Below, one piece after another: positions 26,459-32,000 of a DNA stretch of 32,000 bases; within the stretch, counting starts at the first letter, position 1, and each line of letters starts with the position of its first letter. Source of the stretch: Synechococcus sp. A15-24 (lineage in GTDB: Bacteria > Cyanobacteriota > Cyanobacteriia > PCC-6307 > Cyanobiaceae); the NCBI RefSeq assembly GCF_014280195.1, contig NZ_CP047960.1, forward strand, positions 2,130,001 through 2,162,000, written 5' to 3'. A program made the translations under genes and the position numbers. The notes under the pieces are model-generated. The model saw only the letters and a list, made by a program, of their open reading frames with translations. It did no database searches and was not told where the DNA came from.

Positions 26459-27145
26459 ATGGACAAGGTGTTCGACCAGGAGGCTTTGAATACCGCGCGC
26501 CCCAACCATCTCGTCCTGGTGGACGTGGACGTGCAGGAGCCGCCAGCTCCAACGCCGCCACCAGCACAGCCAAATCCCACCCCATCAACGACCAGCCCCA
26601 CCCCCTGGTTGTTGCTGATCGTCAGTGGTCTGGCGGTGGCAGGAGCCGTGAACAGCGGCTGGCTGATCAGCAGCCTGCTGCAGTCCCGCAGCCAGCTGGA
26701 TCAGGAACGCAACCTGCAGATGCTCGAACGGCTCCAGACACAGGCCAGCGCTCCTGAGCCTCAGGTCACGCAAGCATCGCCTGCAGCAGAGGTTGCTGCG
26801 AGCGACCCCGACCCCCAGCTGCCGCCACCGCCGCCGGAACCGGAGTGGATGACCAGCCTCGAGCCCCCATCACAATCCATCACGCCCAGGCTCGCCTTGT
26901 CACCGGTTGCCCCTCAACCGCTGCCGGTTCCAGCCCTGACGCCGATGCCGCAACTGACCGGGGTGGTGCAAGGTCCTGGCGGCAACAGCTCCGCCATCTT
27001 CCAGCTGGACACAACATCCCTGTCCGCTGGCATCGGTGAAAACATCGGCAACAGCGGCTGGCGGCTGGACGCGATCAACAGCAGTGGAGCGGTGATCAGC
27101 CAGCAGGGCCAGCAACGAACCCTGTCCGTGGGAGGGCTGTTCTGA
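26459..27145 (+). CDS. hypothetical single-pass membrane protein, Pro-rich, with a C-terminal beta-rich domain
   Basis: The ORF track start 26381 is a TTG; I prefer ATG 26459. The TM segment is WLLLIVSGLAVAGAVNSGWLISSLL, followed by Pro-rich linkers. The C-terminal LTGVVQGPGGNSSAIFQLD...GENIGNSGWRLDAINSSGAVISQQGQQRTLSVG weakly resembles GspC/PilP-type domains. Confidence 0.55.
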   Translation: MDKVFDQEALNTARPNHLVLVDVDVQEPPAPTPPPAQPNPTPSTTSPTPWLLLIVSGLAVAGAVNSGWLISSLLQSRSQLDQERNLQMLERLQTQASAPEPQVTQASPAAEVAASDPDPQLPPPPPEPEWMTSLEPPSQSITPRLALSPVAPQPLPVPALTPMPQLTGVVQGPGGNSSAIFQLDTTSLSAGIGENIGNSGWRLDAINSSGAVISQQGQQRTLSVGGLF

Positions 27146-27204
27146 GCTCATCCACTCCGCTGCTTCCCTCCCCCCATCAACTCTGGCAAGCACCCACCAA
27201 GGCG

Positions 27205-27741
27205 GTGCTCAGTGGCGAAGGGCCGCGCCAGCTACCGGGAGCCTGGCGGCTGATGCTGCTGGGGGACGGCAGCCCCACCCGCCACCTACGGCTGCTCACC
27301 GGTGAGCCGGTGGCCGTGGACCTGATCGCCATGGAACCGGAAGCCAGCCTGCCTGCGGAAGCACCGCCGGAAGTGGCCGAACTGCAGGCACCACTGTTGC
27401 GGCGTCAGGTGTGGCTCACCTGCGGCGGCCTGCCCCTGGCCTGGGCCGAGAGCTGGTGGAACCAAGCGGAAGCAGATCTTCATCTGCAGGATCGCAATCT
27501 GCCGATCTGGAAAAGCCTGACCCAGGGCCGCTCGGAGCTGTTCCGTGAAGTCGATGGTCTGGCGCTGGTGCAGGCGGATTGGCTGGAGCAGACCTTCGGC
27601 CACCGCGGTCCGTTCTGGAGTCGTCACTACCGCTTTTTCCGCGGCGGCACCGCACTCACTGTGATCCGAGAGGTGTTCAGCCCGCAGCTGGAAACCTGGC
27701 TGGGACCAACCTTGCGCCAGGAGCTTCAGCAAAGTTCATGA
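27205..27741 (+). CDS. chorismate pyruvate-lyase-like protein (UbiC/DUF98 type)
   Basis: WRLMLLGDGSPTRHLRLLTGEPVAVDLI...RRQVWL...PLAWAESWW matches the cyanobacterial chorismate-lyase family. The track start is GTG 27205, but the frame stays open upstream (..LWQAPTKA..), so the start is uncertain. Confidence 0.78.
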   Translation: MLSGEGPRQLPGAWRLMLLGDGSPTRHLRLLTGEPVAVDLIAMEPEASLPAEAPPEVAELQAPLLRRQVWLTCGGLPLAWAESWWNQAEADLHLQDRNLPIWKSLTQGRSELFREVDGLALVQADWLEQTFGHRGPFWSRHYRFFRGGTALTVIREVFSPQLETWLGPTLRQELQQSS

Positions 27742-27760
27742 ACAAACCTACAAGTTTGTT
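27741..27760 (+). terminator. AT-rich hairpin directly after the chorismate-lyase-like gene (weak terminator candidate)
   Basis: AACAAAC-CTACAA-GTTTGTT is followed by GGGATTTGCTCTT. The stem is weak and the U-tract imperfect. Confidence 0.25.
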
Positions 27761-27831
27761 GGGATTTGCTCTTGACAACTTGCCTTTATGTATGCACTGA
27801 GGAATATGTGGACACATCGGTTCACCGTGTC

Positions 27832-28284
27832 ATGGCTGCCCTCAACCCCTGGCTCAGCCTCACCGACCTCGGTCGGATCTACGGCATTTCAGCGATCCAC
27901 TGCGGTCGCATCCTTGAACAGCAAGGTTGGCGTGATCGCCGCGGTCGCCCCACACCAGCTGCCCATGAGGCCGATGCGGCCAACTGTGCCGGCACCCATG
28001 GCCAGGGCCGCACGGTGTTCTGGAGCCGCGCAATCTGCTCGAAACTCCTGGAAAGCAAGGGCTATGCGCCGATGAGCCGCAACGTCCAAATCGAACAATG
28101 GACCCAGCTGCTGGAGGCGTTGCAGCTGGGCTCCCCGTCCATTTCCGCCACCCCGGACCAGATGGCCGAGGAGATGCCCACAGAACTGGTGGAAGACGTG
28201 AACCAACAGTTGGCGGTTCGCGGCTGCAGCTATCGCGTCAGCCGCCACCAGCGTCAGGCCAGTCGCAGCGCCTACGCCTGCTGA
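27832..28284 (+). CDS. hypothetical protein with a possible N-terminal helix-turn-helix
   Basis: ORF track 27766..28284; I prefer ATG 27832. Codon third positions are G/C-rich like the neighbours. WLSLTDLGRIYGISAIHCGRILEQQGW looks HTH-like. No family recognised. Confidence 0.55.
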   Translation: MAALNPWLSLTDLGRIYGISAIHCGRILEQQGWRDRRGRPTPAAHEADAANCAGTHGQGRTVFWSRAICSKLLESKGYAPMSRNVQIEQWTQLLEALQLGSPSISATPDQMAEEMPTELVEDVNQQLAVRGCSYRVSRHQRQASRSAYAC

Positions 28285-28291
28285 GCTGCCG

Positions 28292-28735
28292 TCAGTCGCG
28301 GCGACGACTTGAACGGGGCAACGAACGCCTTGGGGCTGGAGGTTGAGGGTCAACGGCGGGAGTTGCCGTGCTGCGAGACCGTTGCCAGCGATCCACCCGA
28401 AAGCTGTCGTCCTCCGGCCAGTCATCCACGGAGCCTGGGTCAGAAGACGTCATCGCAGGAACAGACGGCGGAGAAGCGACCTGACGGCCCCGACGGGAAA
28501 TGGCCTCGAGGGGTCGTTTACCGCCGCGCAGCGGGCGGTCCGTGTCCTGCCAGGGCTCCCGCCAGGCGTCGTCGTCCTCCAACAACCACTCGACTTTGTC
28601 GCCAACCCAACGGCCGACGGAATCCAGATCAAAACTGCTGCGGCGTTGGCCGGGACGACGTCCCGACACCCCATCCACGAACTGGCGGCCGGTCTCAATC
28701 CAGGTGTCCAGGCGACGATCTCTGCGGTCTTCCAT
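28292..28735 (-). CDS. hypothetical Arg/Asp/Trp-rich protein
   Basis: ATG 28735. Coding-like codon usage, so I prefer it over the two overlapping plus-strand ORFs. No family recognised. Confidence 0.5.
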   Translation of the reverse strand: MEDRRDRRLDTWIETGRQFVDGVSGRRPGQRRSSFDLDSVGRWVGDKVEWLLEDDDAWREPWQDTDRPLRGGKRPLEAISRRGRQVASPPSVPAMTSSDPGSVDDWPEDDSFRVDRWQRSRSTATPAVDPQPPAPRRSLPRSSRRRD

Positions 28736-28841
28736 GGTTTGACGTTACCGACGCCGACGGCGCAACCAACGCTCCCGTCGCAACCCGATCAAGGCAATCG
28801 TGACGCCACCCAATTCCAGAGACAACAGAAACACCTCCATC

Positions 28842-29381
28842 TCAGACCGCCGATTCGAACTGCAACACACAGCTCAGATGCCAGCGCCCAGCGTGATGCT
28901 GATCACAGCACTTGCGGCAGGCGGCGTTGCTGATGCGACGGCGGTAGGGATAACGGCTGCCGCAGCTGGGGCAGACCGCCCACCAGCGCGGTGGCCGCAC
29001 TGGGACGGGATAGCGATGGCGCACGCTCACCTGAAAGCGATCCTGGGCAGCGTTGATTGCCTCCATGCGGGCGCGGAAGCGTGGCCCATGGCTCTCCCGT
29101 GTGCGCAGCACCAGATCGATCCAGGCATGGATCATCTCGTGGCACAACGTGCTTTCCGTGGCCTCCTGGGGCAGAGGTTCCAGCAGCGGCCTGGACAGCA
29201 CAATTTCACTGCCCCGGCCGGCCCCGATACCAGGGCCACGACGATAAAAACCGGCGGTGCGGCTCATCCGGCCGTCACTCCAACGCACGCAACTCAACGG
29301 TTGGCCATCAACGGCCAGGGTGCCATCGAAATGCTCCCGGTTGAGGCGATGAAAGATCGGCAGCAACGGCAGCAACGGCAC
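28842..29381 (-). CDS. SprT-like zinc metalloprotease domain protein with a C-terminal zinc ribbon
   Basis: GTG start at 29381. The N-terminal FHRLNREHFDGTL is SprT-like, the HExxH motif is in LCHEMIHAWID, and the C-terminal CPSCGSRYPYRRRISNAACRKCC forms a Cys4 ribbon. Confidence 0.85.
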   Translation of the reverse strand: MPLLPLLPIFHRLNREHFDGTLAVDGQPLSCVRWSDGRMSRTAGFYRRGPGIGAGRGSEIVLSRPLLEPLPQEATESTLCHEMIHAWIDLVLRTRESHGPRFRARMEAINAAQDRFQVSVRHRYPVPVRPPRWWAVCPSCGSRYPYRRRISNAACRKCCDQHHAGRWHLSCVLQFESAV

Positions 29382-29456
29382 GATCGGGTGGGTTGCAGCG
29401 ATGCAGCATCATCCTGCCGCGGTCAGTCAGACTCGTCGCTGCTTTGAAGGCAGGCG

Positions 29457-31902
<2,446 letters not shown>

Positions 31903-31907
31903 AAAAA

Positions 31908-31927
31908 GCCCCCTTCTAAAAGGGGGC
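31908..31927 (-). terminator. intrinsic terminator hairpin shared by the convergent genes
   Basis: GCCCCCTT-CTAA-AAGGGGGC is a perfect 8-bp stem. On the minus strand it is followed by TTTTTT (complement of 31902-31907). On the plus strand it starts 6 nt after the ligA stop but has no U-tract. Confidence 0.7.
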
Positions 31928-31949
31928 AGAAATCATTGAACGCTGTTAA

Positions 31950-32000
31950 TCAGACCGTGATCTGAATTGCATTCTGAAGGTCAATCGCCTGATCAGCGGT
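31950..32000 (-). CDS. 3-prime end of an unidentified minus-strand gene entering from beyond the window
   Basis: The reverse strand reads ...TADQAIDLQNAIQITV-stop (stop is the complement of 31950-31952), 22 nt upstream of the terminator. A second frame is also open here, so the frame and even the existence of the gene are uncertain. Confidence 0.25.
   Translation of the reverse strand, partial: TADQAIDLQNAIQITV

Noticed and set aside
23394-26588. Minus-strand ORFs 23394..24356, 24302..24766, 24822..25475 and 25518..26588
   Set aside because: These are antisense shadows of dnaB and mnmG.
29361-29378. 9-bp tandem duplication CAGCAACGG x2
   Set aside because: It lies inside the SprT-like N-terminus, where it simply encodes PLLPLLP. 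This is a small in-frame duplication, not a repeat element.
28309-29447. Plus-strand ORFs 28309..28803, 28343..28933 and 28800..29447
   Set aside because: They overlap the minus-strand hypothetical gene and the SprT-like gene. The SprT HExxH and zinc-ribbon motifs fix the strand for 28842-29381. For 28292-28735 the minus frame has the more coding-like codon usage, although confidence there is only moderate.

Overview
High-GC cyanobacterial chromosome, and by gene content most likely a marine Synechococcus-type picocyanobacterium (tandem flv3-flv1, stand-alone MEKHLA protein, desC, several GCGATCGC octamers). The window is densely coding and mostly core housekeeping: alaS (truncated by the window edge and missing from the ORF track), gcvH-gcvP, desC, rplI-dnaB, mnmG, a chorismate-lyase-like gene and ligA. 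I found no rRNA, tRNA, CRISPR array, transposase or integrase. Three regions deserve attention. (1) 1.9-6.9 kb holds a tightly coupled four-gene unit: small membrane ORF, SNF2 ATPase, SWIM zinc-finger protein, MEKHLA/PAS-like protein. It has no assigned function and is my best candidate for an uncharacterised system, but it looks chromosomal and conserved rather than a mobile defence island. (2) 7.0-15.9 kb is a redox, iron and metal stress neighbourhood. It contains Hsp20, an NRAMP-fold transporter lacking the DPGN metal site, Flv3/Flv1, a rubrerythrin fused to a full rubredoxin domain, a ZIP transporter, an HxlR regulator, an FMN reductase and a pirin. (3) 15.9-16.7 kb is a short islet that looks lower in GC by eye, with orphan small ORFs and several unexplained repeats and palindromes. 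Near the 3-prime end, a SprT-like metalloprotease sits divergent to a small membrane protein whose gene overlaps ligA by 8 nt. Many long ORFs in the track are antisense artefacts of high GC and were rejected. All family assignments come from motif recognition by eye, with no database search.
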